A stretch of 59,110 nucleotides of DNA, filler included, from an uncultured virus (IMG/VR IMGVR_UViG_2061766007_001796) (6 parts of one record of this genome joined end to end with filler, not necessarily neighbours in it); one strand, 5' to 3'; numbered from the whole stretch's first letter, positions 21,256 to 33,926 are shown. The notes: generated from the letters alone by a model not told the origin. Program-made: numbers and translations.

Positions 21256-21261
21256 CACAAT

Positions 21262-21290
21262 AGGGGTTGTCCTAGACAGCCCCTTTATAC
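21262..21290 (+). terminator. Intrinsic terminator
   Basis: AGGGGTTGTC-CTA-GACAGCCCCT hairpin followed by a T-rich run. Confidence 0.7.
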
Positions 21291-21369
21291 TTTTTTTGTA
21301 TTTATTTATATAAATAATTAGTGTAAAAACTATCTTGAGAGATAGTACGCGTTTTTAAAGGAGAAAATT

Positions 21370-22321
21370 ATGGCAGGTGTTAACGATTATAATAAAAGAC
21401 TTGTAGAACTAGACAGTGGTGCTGGTAGTGCTGGTGGTAGCGCCAATCCTTTTGCTAATCCCACCGCAGTTCAAGGCGCTGGTAGCACACCAAAAACAAA
21501 CCCAACTGGTTCAACAACCGAAGATTATTACAAATTAGCGAGAAATCAAGAATATACCGCTCTTTTAGATAGGGAAGTTCAACTTGAAAACGCCAAAGCA
21601 AATGCCATGAAATACACTCAAAACCAAATCAACGCGCAAGGTTTTGGAGGCACTGGCTATGGTTCTTCAATGCAAGGTGGTATCTATAACGCATATCTAA
21701 ATAGATTAGGTGAGGCTCAAAACCAAACTGCTAGCAATGTTCAAAACCTCAACATGCAAGANNNNNNNNNNTCTCAACATGCAAGAACACCAAGAACAAC
21801 TTGCCAATGATAATGACCGTTTCCAAAGCATTACAACTATGCTCACTCAAGCAGATAGCGTTGATAGTATGAATAGCCTTTTAAACGATTATGGCTACGG
21901 CACAATTGACGCTAATGGTGAGTTCCAATGGGGTCAAAAACCAGAAGGAATGAGCAACGATGATTGGTATCAAATGAGATATTATTATGGTCTCCAAAAG
22001 AACGCTCTTGACCAAATGACTGGTAACGCAAACGAACAATGGGCACAAAAGGCTATCTCAATGATGGGTAACGGTGAAAAAGGTATGGACTATCAAAGTA
22101 TGGTTAAAACAATTAAAAATACAACCAATAATGGCTTTAATGTTCCAGCCGAAAACATTAAGAGTTTTTATATGAATGCTAACAATGGTGACGTTGCCGA
22201 AGTTAAATATGGTGACCAAACCGCTTATTATGTCTACTACAATGGTCAACTTTACACAGTAGACAAAGAACTCCTTAACGGCAAAACACCAAAAGAAACT
22301 TGGGAACTTTCACGTGTTTAA
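21370..22321 (+). CDS. Probable internal virion (ejection-type) protein, split by gap at 21762-21771
   Basis: AAGGAG RBS; Gln/Asn/Gly-rich helical N-terminus; precedes the giant protein. Confidence 0.6.
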
Positions 22322-22342
22322 TGATTTCTTGAAAGGTGATTT

Positions 22343-25300
22343 ATGGCTTATTCAAGAAACGAATATTTGCAATCCTTAAATAGAATGAGGGCGAATTACC
22401 AAAACCAAGGTAATCCTCTCATTAACCGTGAAGACGACAATGGCAATGTGGGCAATGAATTGTCCGCTTTTGCCTATATGGGCACAACTAGACCAGCGCC
22501 TGAGCAAGCAAGCAAGAGAAGCGACTTTTTAGGCAAAACTTTTGGTGCTATCGACGAAATCGCTTTCCAATTTGGTAGTGGTTATGTCAATGGTTGGGAA
22601 GGTGGCTTAGATTTAGGTGCCAACTTTTTAGGTTGGGCAACTAAAAACGACGACTTTACCAAATGGGCAAGACAAGACCTAGGTGCTGAAGCGGGTAGAT
22701 TTATTCAAACCTATGCAAACCTTACTCCTTGGGCAATTGTTAACAACGCTAGGCAAGGAAATTACGCTGATAGAGAATGGTGGGGTAACGCTGTCGGTGG
22801 CTTTGGTGACATCATGACTGCGGGTTTTGGCGGTTGGGACGCTAACCAAATCGTTCAAGGCATTTTATCTGGTGGTGTTTCTACAATCATGGCTTTAATT
22901 GGCACTGGTATTACTGCTTTAGGGAACGCTATTGATGGCAAAGATAGAAAAGCCGACGCTTATGTGGACAATAGTTTTGAAAATGATAAAAACGAAAGAT
23001 ATGGTTTTGACACATCCGCAATTAGTGACACTGAGGCTGGTCAATTTGTTGGTGGCATAGCGCATTCTATTGGTGAAATGCTCCCATCTATTCAAATTGG
23101 CGCGGTTGCTGGAAGCGCTTTTAAAGGTGCTGGTATTGGTGGTAAGGCTTTAAAATACGGAACAAAAGGTATTTCTACTGGCATGATGGCGTTATCTGCG
23201 TCTGGTCATGGTACAAACGAGGCGTTGGAGGCTGGAGCAAGCAAGGGCAAGGCGCTCGCTTTTGGGATGGTGTCTGGCGCGATTGAAGGTGCTACTGAAT
23301 GGATATTCCCAGATGGTGGTGTCGGTGGTGTTAANNNNNNNNNNCGGTGGAAAGGCTTTGAAATACGGAACAAAAGGCATTTCTACTGGCATGATGGCGT
23401 TGTCTGCGTCTGGTCATGGTACAAACGAGGCGTTGGAGGCTGGAGCAAGCAAGGGCAAAGCGCTCGCTTTTGGTATGGTGTCTGGCGCAATCGAAGGTGC
23501 TACTGAATGGATATTCCCAGATGGTGGTGTCGGTGGTGTTAAGGTTGGTCAAAAAGCCTTAAAGAAATCAATTGTTAAAGAACTTGCTAAAGAAATGATT
23601 GAAGAAGGCACTGAAGAAATAATTAGTGAACTCTTATCTCCAGTCACAAAAATGATTTATGATAGTGACGCCTACAAAGAATACACTACTGGTGAATACT
23701 GGAAACAAGTTGCTCTAGCGGGCGCTAGTGGCGCAGTAAGCGGTGGCATTATGTCTGGCATACAAGGCGTAGGAAACCGCGCTAAATACGGTAAAAACGG
23801 CACTGCTTTTTTAGAGCACACTGAAAACGTTGCTGACTTAGAAGAACAATACAACAAAGCCAAAACGCAAGAACAAAAACTGGCAATCGCTCAACAAATT
23901 GAAGCCGAGACCAAAGAAATGATGTCTTCTTTAAAAGAAATGGTTGACGACAAGACTGAAAGCGGTAAAAGAAAACTCACAAGCATGCTTGAGCAGTTAG
24001 GCGCGATTAACAAAAAATCTAATGTCGCTATTGAAAATCAAGTTCAAAGTGGCGTTGAAAATCTAAATAAAGAATATGGCAACGTAGAGGCTGAAAAGGC
24101 ACTTCCTAAGAATGAGGAAACCAAATATACAATCCCAACTGACGATACATCCAAAATCATGGAAACAAAGTTGGAGAACGAAGATGGTAGCGCAAAGCGC
24201 TATGTTTTGGCTGATAAACCAGACGAGGTTGGCAATCAAGTAATTGCTCCAGCAACATCGTCAGACGAAACATCATTTTTTGTTTATGCAAAAAAACCAT
24301 TGTCAGAGGTCAATCTCACTAAAGAATTGTCCTTTGAAAAGATGTCCAAAAAGTTCAATATACCAACTTCTTTAGAAAAAACTTATTCAAAAAAACTTAC
24401 GGACAAAAACCCTTTATCCGTTATAAAGTTTATTAGTAGGTACGCTAAAACCGACGTTCAAGGTGTCTTGGCTAGACTAGGCTACGACGCTTTTGAATAC
24501 AAAGATGGCAGAGTTATCATTGCTGATAACAAACAACTGGTTAAAGGAGACTTAAAATATGGCGAAACAAAAGGAACAAATGATTACAGCAGTCTTGTCA
24601 AACGGCTTGGTCGTGAGAGTGCCAATGAAGAACTCGGAAGATACATTGGCAAAGATGGAAGAGAACTTAAAACACCACAAGAAAGACAAAGATACGCACA
24701 ATTAGTTAAAGATAATCGCGCATACGATACTGAAAGCATAAGCAAAAAAGGTAGTTTTTTGGTCGTTGATAATCAAGTATATTCAAAAGACATGCTTGAA
24801 ATTGCCAAAAACAACAACAAACTAGGTGCTGAGACAAAGTTTATTATTGATAATAATAACGTTTTCAAATTATGTAGTGGTTTTTATAACAACGATGGCA
24901 CTATTTATCATATCTTAAATAGAAACGACAATAGGTCGTTAAAAATGCGTAATGACCACGAAGTATATCACTACTTAGACGAAGTATATCACTTATCTGC
25001 AATAAGCAATGTACTTGACCTTTTAGAAGATTGGAAAACCAGTTATTCCGAGGAATATCAAAGTTGGTATAACAAATATGAAGAAGCATATACTGGCAAG
25101 TACAATTTAGAAGACATGTTCACAATGCTTGACGACGAACTTCTTGCGGAGATTTATAGTAGAAGCATTACATTAGAAGATTTCACGCTACAAGAAAAAA
25201 TTATTGACACAGTCAACAAAGTTAGAGACATGGGTCAAGAAAAGGCTCAATCGCTATTTGTTAAAAGCATTGAAAGCGACAACTTTAAGCCAGTTACAGT

Positions 25301-27475
25301 TAGATACACGGTAGATAATGGTGTTGAAAATTACGATGGTAAGACCACCGTTGAGAGCGACCCAACGTTAAGTGAAGAAACAAAAAACGGCTTTGAAAAG
25401 GCTAAAAACAAAGGCAACGATGTTCTTAAATTACTAAAAAATAAACCATTGCCTATTGTTGAAAACGACAACAATCCAAATCAATATGTCATGGTTGCGC
25501 CTTTATATAAAGCAGACGTAAAAACACCTAATGAGTTCTATTCCTTATCAAAAGACGTCTATCCCGCTTTTACTAAAAACATTAAAAACATTGCTAAACT
25601 TGCGGGATGTAAGTTCGATGGCAATAAAGCACGTGGTATCTACACAAATAACAGTGATTATAGAGTAAGAGAACCATCCACTCTAATTGACTTAGGCAAG
25701 GTCGACGCTAGCAACGCTGACTTAGCGGGTTCCTTAATGGCAGACTTAGGCTATCAGCAACAAGAAAGTGTAATCATATACAACTACGTAAGCGAGCAAG
25801 AGTTTGACCAACTAGACAAATATAACCAAGCAATTGCTTTTGAGGTACAAATACCAAAAGGCAAAGCCAATAAAATTGTTAAAGCCTTTTACGAACAAGG
25901 CATTGACGCAACCGTATTAAAAGATAAAATAGTATTTCTTAAGAGTTGTGTGTTTGACTTCGGAACAAACGATAACTATGATGTAACCAAAGCCGAAAAC
26001 TTTAAGAAAGAATTGACCAGTTTGTGTGATAGACTAATCAAGGAGGGTACACTTAATGGCAAGACGGAAGAAATTATCTCAATCCACCAAGTCAACGAAA
26101 GGTATCTCGTGGAAGGAGATAGAGAAAACATTTACCTTCAAAACGAAAGAACCATCACCGCTAACGAAGGAAAAAAAATTATAAGTGATTTAAAAGCCAA
26201 ATCAAGCACTGTTTTGATTGAGGCTGGTGCGGATGTTAGCAAGAGTGTGAAATATCGCTTAGACAGCGTGAAATCCGCGTTTGAGAGTGCATTAGCACAA
26301 GTAGTACCAGATAATGGCTCGTATACATTGCGTTTTTCTGACGCAAAACAAAGTTTTGCTGAATTAAATCTAGCAAGACCTAAAGACAGAGCCATCGCAA
26401 TAGATAATTTAATTAAACGCTTAAAATCTACTGAAGTGACTTTAGTGGATGTTTTTGGCGAGGAAAAAACAACATTGGGCGAATTGCTAAGTCCAGAGCA
26501 AGAAAAACAAGCACGTGACATCATGCTTAGCACGCTTAATGGCAAAGCCGAACCTACCAAACTTGCTAAGTGGGCAAGAGCGTTAGGCTTGCAAAAAATA
26601 AAGACACATGAAACCGCTCGCTCATTTAAGTTAATGAGAAGCATTCAAAACAAAATCAGTCACGGCACAGTCAATTATTTGTCAACGTTTACTGACGCAG
26701 TTGGCGAACTTACATTATTTGATAATGTCATTAAGGAAGTTAAACTCCCATTCACAAACGCGAGTATTTTAAGTCTTGCTAATAATATCGCCACTTGTTA
26801 CACCGCTGATAACTTTGGCAAAATGTTGAGTGATTATGGCGTTCCATATAATGACGACGTTTATGATAGAGCGGTTGCTTTAAAAGAAACCATCCAAAAA
26901 GGTAGACCTCTTACTGCCGAACAAATTACTGAGGCAAACAACATCCTCCAACTTATTAAAAACGACCTCACTGAATTAGAAAAAGCGGGCATTGCAAACA
27001 AACGCACAAAGGCACGCGATGGCGTTGTGCTTGCTCAAGCACAGGAAAAAGCAGGGAAAAGCGGTCTTGCCACAAAGATTACCAATCTTGGTCGTGCGTA
27101 TTATTTAAACGTTGCGTCACCAGTCAATCAGTTTGAAACATATTGGGGTGATAATCACCCAGCAACGGTTCATTTGCGCGACACTGCTAATGAGGTTAGC
27201 AACCAAAAGATTAAAGACATTGAAATGCTTAAAACCAATTTTTATGGTGATAAGAACGGTGAGCAATCAATTAGAAATAAAGCAAAGACCGCTAAAAAGA
27301 TTAACTTTAAAGGTTACAAAATCACTGTCGCTAATGCTTTAAAGATTATCAACACTGAAATGACCGCTAACGCTGATTATCAAGACGTTGATTGGGAAAA
27401 ACGCCCATTCTATAAGCGTGGTGGCGCTATGACAGTAGGCGCTAAGCGTGTTGACATTGATTTTACTCCACAAGA
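22343..27475 (+). CDS. Giant polyvalent / internal virion protein, allele A (Gly/Ala-rich N-terminus, HExxH peptidase, variable cassette, helical region)
   Basis: Overlapping fragments 22343-23334 and 23345-27475; HEVYH at 24957-24971 with downstream ELLAE. Confidence 0.7.
24559..24705 (+). CDS. Nested +1-frame small protein MAKQKEQMITAVLSNGLVVRVPMKNSEDTLAKMEENLKHHKKDKDTHN (48 aa)
   Basis: AAGGAG RBS; conserved in allele B with 12 synonymous codon changes. Confidence 0.75.
   Translation: MAKQKEQMITAVLSNGLVVRVPMKNSEDTLAKMEENLKHHKKDKDTHN
26056..26184 (+). CDS. Nested +1-frame basic peptide MARRKKLSQSTKSTKGISWKEIEKTFTFKTKEPSPLTKEKKL (42 aa)
   Basis: AAGGAGG RBS; stop coincides with the end of the allele-A cassette; no second allele to test. 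Confidence 0.5.
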   Translation: MARRKKLSQSTKSTKGISWKEIEKTFTFKTKEPSPLTKEKKL

Positions 27476-27485
27476 NNNNNNNNNN

Positions 27486-29667
27486 TAAAATTAGTCACGG
27501 CACAGTCAATTATTTGTCAACCTTTACTGACGCTGTGGGTGAACTTACATTATTTGATAATATCATTAAGGAAGTTAAACTCCCATTCACAAACGCTAGT
27601 ATTTTAAGTCTTGCTAATAATATTGCCACTTATTACACTGCCGATAACTTTGGCAAAATGTTGAGTGATTATGGTGTTCCATATAATGACGACGTTTATG
27701 ATAGAGCGGTTGCTTTAAAAGAGACCATCCAAAAAGGTAGACCTCTTACTGCCGAACAAATCACTGAGGCTAACAACATTCTTCAACTTATTAAAAATGA
27801 CCTCACTGAATTAGAAAAAGCGGGCATTGCAAACAAACGCACAAAGGCGCGTGATGGTGTCGTGCTTGCTCAAGCACAGGAAAAAGCAGGGAAAAGTGGT
27901 CTTGCCACAAAGATTACTAACCTTGGTCGTGCATATTATTTAAACGTTGCGTCGCCAGTCAATCAATTTGAAACATATTGGGGTGATAACCATCCAGCAA
28001 CGGTTCATTTGCGTGACACTGCTAATGAGGCTAGCAACCAAAAGATTAAAGACATCGAAATGCTCAAAACCAATTTCTATGGAGACAAGAATGGTGAGCA
28101 ATCAATTAGAAATAAAGCGAAGACCGCTAAAAAGATTAACTTTAAAGGTTACAAAATCACTGTCGCTAATGCTTTAAAGATTATCAATACTGAAATGACC
28201 GCTAATGCGGATTATCAAGACGTTGATTGGGAAAAACGCCCATTCTATAAACGTGGTGGTGCTATGACAGTAGGCGCTAAGCGTGTTGACATTGATTTTA
28301 CTCCACAAGANNNNNNNNNNNNNTTTTAATGAACAAGTTAAAAAGGGATTTAAGGAAAATGGCAAGTACCTCTCAAGCAAATATAAAGAACTTAACCATG
28401 TCCCATTAGAAATGGTTGAAGAGTATTACCCAACCTCCGCTGTGGGCGATAAAGCACCAGATATTGCAAACGCCATGAAAGGTTCCATTAGTCCACGTGA
28501 CTGGGGCATTGCGTTCATGCAAAAGCGTGTTAGCCGTACTAATGCTCGTTATAATTTAGATGGCGACGTCTTTAGAGATATTAACAATCAAATTGAAACA
28601 TTAACTAACTGGGCAAACTTTGCCCCTTGGTATAGAGAATGGACAACCATTCTTAATAGTTCGCCATTTGGCAAGGGTAGTTCGTTATATGCAATTGGTT
28701 GTAGGTCTATTTATGGCTTCAAAGAATTAGTCGATTTTATCAACAAGACCGCTCTCGGTATTCCATATATCCAAAATACTTCCTTACTATCTAAAGCCGA
28801 CAATACGATTGGTGGCGTTTTTGGTAACTTAAATGCCGTCGCCATGAGCGGTCTATTTACCCAACTTAAAACATGGGGTTCTTACTTTACTGGATGGCAA
28901 TTCTTCACACCTAGAGACATTCTCGCTGGTTATGCAGAGTTTGCACGTCACGGTGGCGAAGTCGTAGCAGACAAGTACGCTCGTAAAGTTATTAACGAAA
29001 ACTCGCCTATGCTCAAAGCACGTGGCGAAAGTAGTGAGGCATTCAGTGCTAACGTAGGCAAGCGAGTAAAGAGTAAAGCGGGCTATTATTTCACTACGGT
29101 TGTGAGAACTAGTGACCGTCTAATTCACGACAAAGCATTCTTTACTTGCTTAGCAAAAGTAAAAGCCGACCCACAATATAAAGGCTTAAGCGAAGCCGAA
29201 TATGAACGCAAAGCCGTTAAACTTCTTGAACAATATAGTGAAAAGACCCAACCAACAACCGCTAAGTTTAATGTTGGTATGTACCGCTCTGGTTACAAAG
29301 GTCAAATCCTCAAACAATTCGCTGGTATGTTCCAATCTATGGGTCAAAATATCTTCCAAGGTTTTGTGGACGTTACTGCTAAGTTCGTGCAAGGCAATAG
29401 ACGTATTAAAGGATTTAGAGCAAGCATTGAAGAAAACATCCGTAAAGCCAAAGAATATCAAGCGCTTGAGAACGAAGCACTTGAACGCATGGACAACGCT
29501 ACATCCGATAGTGAATATATTAAGGCACAAAAAGATTACGAAGAATACAAGTTCCACCGTGAAGGTCACGAAAAGTCTCGCGCAACACTTGAGCAAGCAC
29601 TCGAGCAAGAAAAAGGTAAGTGGACAGCCAAAAAATGGGTAAGCAAATCTTCCACATATCTCTCTGG
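27486..29667 (+). CDS. Giant polyvalent protein, middle and C-terminal fragments
   Basis: 27486-28310 is an allele of 26651-27475; 28324-29667 continues it. Confidence 0.7.
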
Positions 29668-29677
29668 NNNNNNNNNN

Positions 29678-32254
29678 CGCTTTGAAAGAAATGGTTGACG
29701 ATAAGACCGAAAGCGGTAAGAGAAAACTCACAAGCATGCTTGAGCAACTAGGCATGATTAACAAAAAATCAAGCGCTTCGATTGAAAGCCAAGTTGAAAG
29801 TGGCGTTAAAAATCTTAATCAAGAGTATGGCAACGTAGAGGCTAGAAAAACGCTTCCTAAAAATAAAGAAACTAAATACACAATCCCAACTGACGATACA
29901 TCTAAAATCATGGAAACAAAGTTGGAGAACGAAGATGGTAGCGCTAAGCGTTATGTTTTTGTTGACGAACCAGACGAGTTCAATAATAGGATTATTGCTC
30001 CAGCAACGACATCTGATGAAGGGACGTTCTTTGTCTACGCTAATAAGCCACTAAACGAAGCAAACCTTAGTAAAGAACTCTCTTTCAAAAAGATGTCCAA
30101 AAAGTTCAATATACCAACTTCTTTAGAAAAAACTTATTCAAAAAAACTTGCGGACAAAAATCCGTTTTCCGTTATAAAGTTTATTAGTAGGTATGCTAAA
30201 ACCGACGCTCAAGGTGTTTTGGCTAAATTAGGCTATGACGCATTCGAGTATAAAGATGGCAGAGTTATCGTTGCTGATAACAAACAATTGGTTAAAGGAG
30301 ACTTAAAATATGGCGAAGAAAAAGGAACCTATGATAACGGCAGTCTTGTCAAACGGTTTGGTCGTGAGGGTGCCAATGAAGAACTCAGAGGCTACCTTGG
30401 CGAAAATGGAAGAAAACTTGAAACAGCAAAAGAAAGACAAAACTACGCCCGACTAATTGAAGCCAATAAGGCTTATACTGAAAAACACATACATAGGCAA
30501 GATGTTCTTATTGCTGATAGTAAGGCATATACCGACGATATGTCTAAAATCGTCAAGTCTAATAACGATTTAGGAGTTGACACGTTCTTTTATGTTAAAA
30601 AAGAAGGTCTTTCTAAAGCAAGTGGCTTTTATGAAAACGATGGCAGTATCTATTTAAGATTAAATACCTATGATAATAGAAGTTTAGAACAACGTAATGC
30701 CCACGAAATGTATCACTATCTTAGTGACCAATTCTATGTTCGCGCAATTACTAACCTAGACGACATTTATGACGAGTGGGCTAAAAAATACCCAAAAGAA
30801 TACGGCAAGTTTTTTGAACAATATCTTATTGCGTATACTGGTGTATACGAAGACTTTGCTATCGAAGATATGATTAAAGAAGAAATCATTGCCGAGATTT
30901 ATAGTCGTAGTATTACCCTACAAAATCAAGACTTGCAACAAGCAATGATTGACACAATTAACAAAGTCAGAGATATGGGCAAAGCAAAGGCGCTCAAATT
31001 ATTTGGCGAAAGTGTTACAAACGACAACTTTAAACCAATTAAAGTTAGTTATACAATTGAAAAAGGAGAAAACGCAAATGAGTTTAGACAACTTCAAAGA
31101 GAAAGTCGAAAAGAACTTAAAACAAAGAGTTGGCGAGAAAGAAGCCAAGCGCTTAATGAAGAGTTACGAGGACGACTTTCAAGAGTTCTTGGACAAGAAC
31201 TTGAGCGTCGTGGCTACGGCAACGGCAATGATACAAGGGTACTAAACCTTGGTGATTTTTCTGTATTTAAAAATGTTGATGGTAAAACATTCCACGACAT
31301 CTTTGAGATTGCTAGAACTTATTTAGAAAATGGCGAACTTGTTGATTTACATCCAGTTAAATCAACCGAAGATACATTAGGATATAAAGACACACGTAAT
31401 TTCTTAACCAAAGACGGCATGTGTGGTTTTGCTATTACTAAAGACGGGGATTTAATCTCCGTATTTAATGCTGGTTCAAAACGTGGTTGGCTAAGAGCAA
31501 TTAAACCATATATTGATAAACATGCTAAAACGTTGGATTGCTATGCTTCTAACAAGCAAAACTTGCCAGAAATGTATAGCAAACTTTTAGGCTTTAAGAC
31601 CGCTTCTTTGATGGATTGGAACCAAGATTATGACCATGACAATATTGGCGCTAATCATGGCAATCCTAAAGTTGCCTTTATGGTGCGTTCTAACCAAGAT
31701 GTTGAAATGAAAACGTTTGGTAAAGACCAATATGACGAAGCGGTTGCATATAGAGATAGCGTGCTTAAGCAAGCAAGCGAACCAGAAAAAATCATCAGCA
31801 ACATAAAAGCCAAATCTAGCAACGTTTTAATTGAGGCTGGTGCAGACGTTAGCAAGAGCGTGAAATATCGCTTAGACAGCGTAAAATCCGCATTTGAGAG
31901 TGCGTTAACACAAGTGGTGCCAGATAATGGCTCATACACATTGCGTTTTTCTGACGCAAAACAAAGTTTTGCTGAGTTAAATCTTGCTAGACCAAAAGAT
32001 AGAGCCATCGCCATAGATAATTTAATCAAACGCTTAAAATCTACTGAAGTGACTTTAGTGGATGTTTTTGGCGAGGAAAAAACAACATTGGGCGATTTAA
32101 TAAGTCCAACGCAAGAACAACAAGCGCGCGACATTATGCTTAGCACACTTAACGGCAAAGCCGAACCTACTAAACTTATTAGATGGGCAAGAGCGTTAGG
32201 CTTACAAAAAATAAAGACACATGAAACCGCTCGCTCATTTAAGTTAATGAGAAG
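29678..32254 (+). CDS. Giant polyvalent protein, allele B (HExxH peptidase plus GNAT-like cassette)
   Basis: Collinear with 23930-26642; HEMYH at 30702-30716 with EIIAE; GFAITKDGDLISVFN...LDCY...LPEMYSKLLGF. Confidence 0.7.
30310..30456 (+). CDS. Nested +1-frame small protein MAKKKEPMITAVLSNGLVVRVPMKNSEATLAKMEENLKQQKKDKTTPD (48 aa)
   Basis: AAGGAG RBS; 40/48 identical to 24559-24705. Confidence 0.75.
   Translation: MAKKKEPMITAVLSNGLVVRVPMKNSEATLAKMEENLKQQKKDKTTPD
31078..31245 (+). CDS. Nested +1-frame helical protein MSLDNFKEKVEKNLKQRVGEKEAKRLMKSYEDDFQEFLDKNLSVVATATAMIQGY (55 aa)
   Basis: AAAGGAG RBS 9 nt upstream; starts at the 5' boundary of the allele-B cassette. Confidence 0.6.
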   Translation: MSLDNFKEKVEKNLKQRVGEKEAKRLMKSYEDDFQEFLDKNLSVVATATAMIQGY

Positions 32255-32354
32255 NNNNNNNNNNNNNNNNNNNNNNNNNNNNNNNNNNNNNNNNNNNNTT
32301 AATTAATTAANNNNNNNNNNNNNNNNNNNNNNNNNNNNNNNNNNNNNNNNNNNN

Positions 32355-33858
32355 CTTTAACGAACAAGTTAAAAAAGGATTTAAAGAAAACGGCAAGTAT
32401 CTCTCAAGCAAGTATAAAGAACTTAACCACGTTCCATTAGAAATGGTTGAAGAGTATTACCCAACCTCTGCTGTGGGCGATAAAGCGCCAGATATTGCAA
32501 ACGCTATGAAAGGTTCCATTAGTCCACGTGACTGGGGCATTGCGTTTATGCAAAAGCGTGTTAGCCGTACTAATGCCCGTTATAATTTAGATGGCGATGT
32601 TTTTAGAGATATTAACAATCAAATTGAAACATTAACTAACTGGGCGAACTTTGCTCCTTGGTATAGAGAATGGACAACCATTCTTAATAGTTCGCCATTT
32701 GGCAAAGGTAGTTCATTATATGCAATCGGTTGTAAGTCCATCTATGGATTTAAAGAATTGGTCGATTTTATCAACAAGACCGCTCTCGGTATTCCATATA
32801 TTCAAAATACTTCCTTACTATCTAAAGCCGACAATACGATTGGTGGCGTTTTNNNNNNNNNNNNNNNNNNNNNNNNNNNNNNNNNNNNNNNNNNNNTTAA
32901 TTAATTAANNNNNNNNNNNNNNNNNNNNNNNNNNNNNNNNNNNNNNNNNNNNGAAGACATCTTATACAAACGAGCAAGGCGAGGAAATCAAACTCACAAG
33001 CGCNNNNNNNNNNGTATCGCGAAAGCGCTTTAGCAAGAGCAACTGGTATTGCACCTACAAGCAAACTAGGGAAACTTCTTTACTACACTAATGGCGATGT
33101 TGATATGGCTAAATACATTATGTCCCTCCAAAACTTATCGGTTATCAAAGAAGACAAAAAACATACTCGTAAAGAGAATGTTATCTCCGCGATTAACAAG
33201 ATNNNNNNNNNNGCCTACAAGCAAACTAGGGAAACTCCTTTACTACACTAATGGCGATGTTGATATGGCAAAATACATCATGTCACTTCAAAACTTATCG
33301 GTTATCAAAGAGGACAAAAAACATACTCGTAAAGAGAATGTTATCTCCGCGATTAACAAGATGGCAGGGTTTAATAGACAAGAAAAACTCTTGCTTGCGT
33401 ACTTAAGCGGGTATAATGTTAGTGAGAAGAACCAACAATCTATGATTATGTTCTTAATGAGCAAGGGCTTTGACAAAAAGACTGCCAAGGATTTCCTTAA
33501 AATTGAAAAGTAACCCAANNNNNNNNNNNNNNNNNNNNNNNNNNNNNNNNNNNNNNNNNNNNNNNNNNNNNNNNNNNNNNNNNNNGGTATTATCGTTCAC
33601 TCTTTCACACTAGAGTATCATTGCTTCGCAAATATAAACTAATATAGTTCACTCTCTACCAGTCATTACCACTAATTGACTGGTTTTTTGCTACCCACGA
33701 CGACCCNNNNNNNNNNCAGCAGACAAGAAAAACTCTTGCTTGCTTACTTAAGCGGGTATAATGTTAGTGAAAAGAACCAACAATCTATGATTATGTTCTT
33801 AATGAGCAAGGGTTTTGACAAAAAGACTGCCAAGGATTTCCTTAAAATTGAAAAGTAA
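32355..33858 (+). CDS. Further fragments and C-terminus of the giant protein (...KTAKDFLKIEK)
   Basis: 32355-32852 is an allele of 28324-28822; the C-terminus appears twice (stops at 33513 and 33858). Confidence 0.6.
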
Positions 33859-33926
33859 CCCAAAGTTCTCCCTATTTGCAACCCAAACAACAAAAAAGTC
33901 CGAATAAATCGGACTAAATTGTCAAA

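Noticed and set aside
26138..26644. Antisense ORF conserved in both alleles (also 31655-32158)
   Set aside because: No RBS; mirrors the sense frame, so conservation follows from the host gene
27112..27342. Alternative-frame ORF seen in both alleles (also 27947-28177)
   Set aside because: TTG start with no SD, and allele differences are mostly silent in the host frame, unlike the accepted nested ORFs
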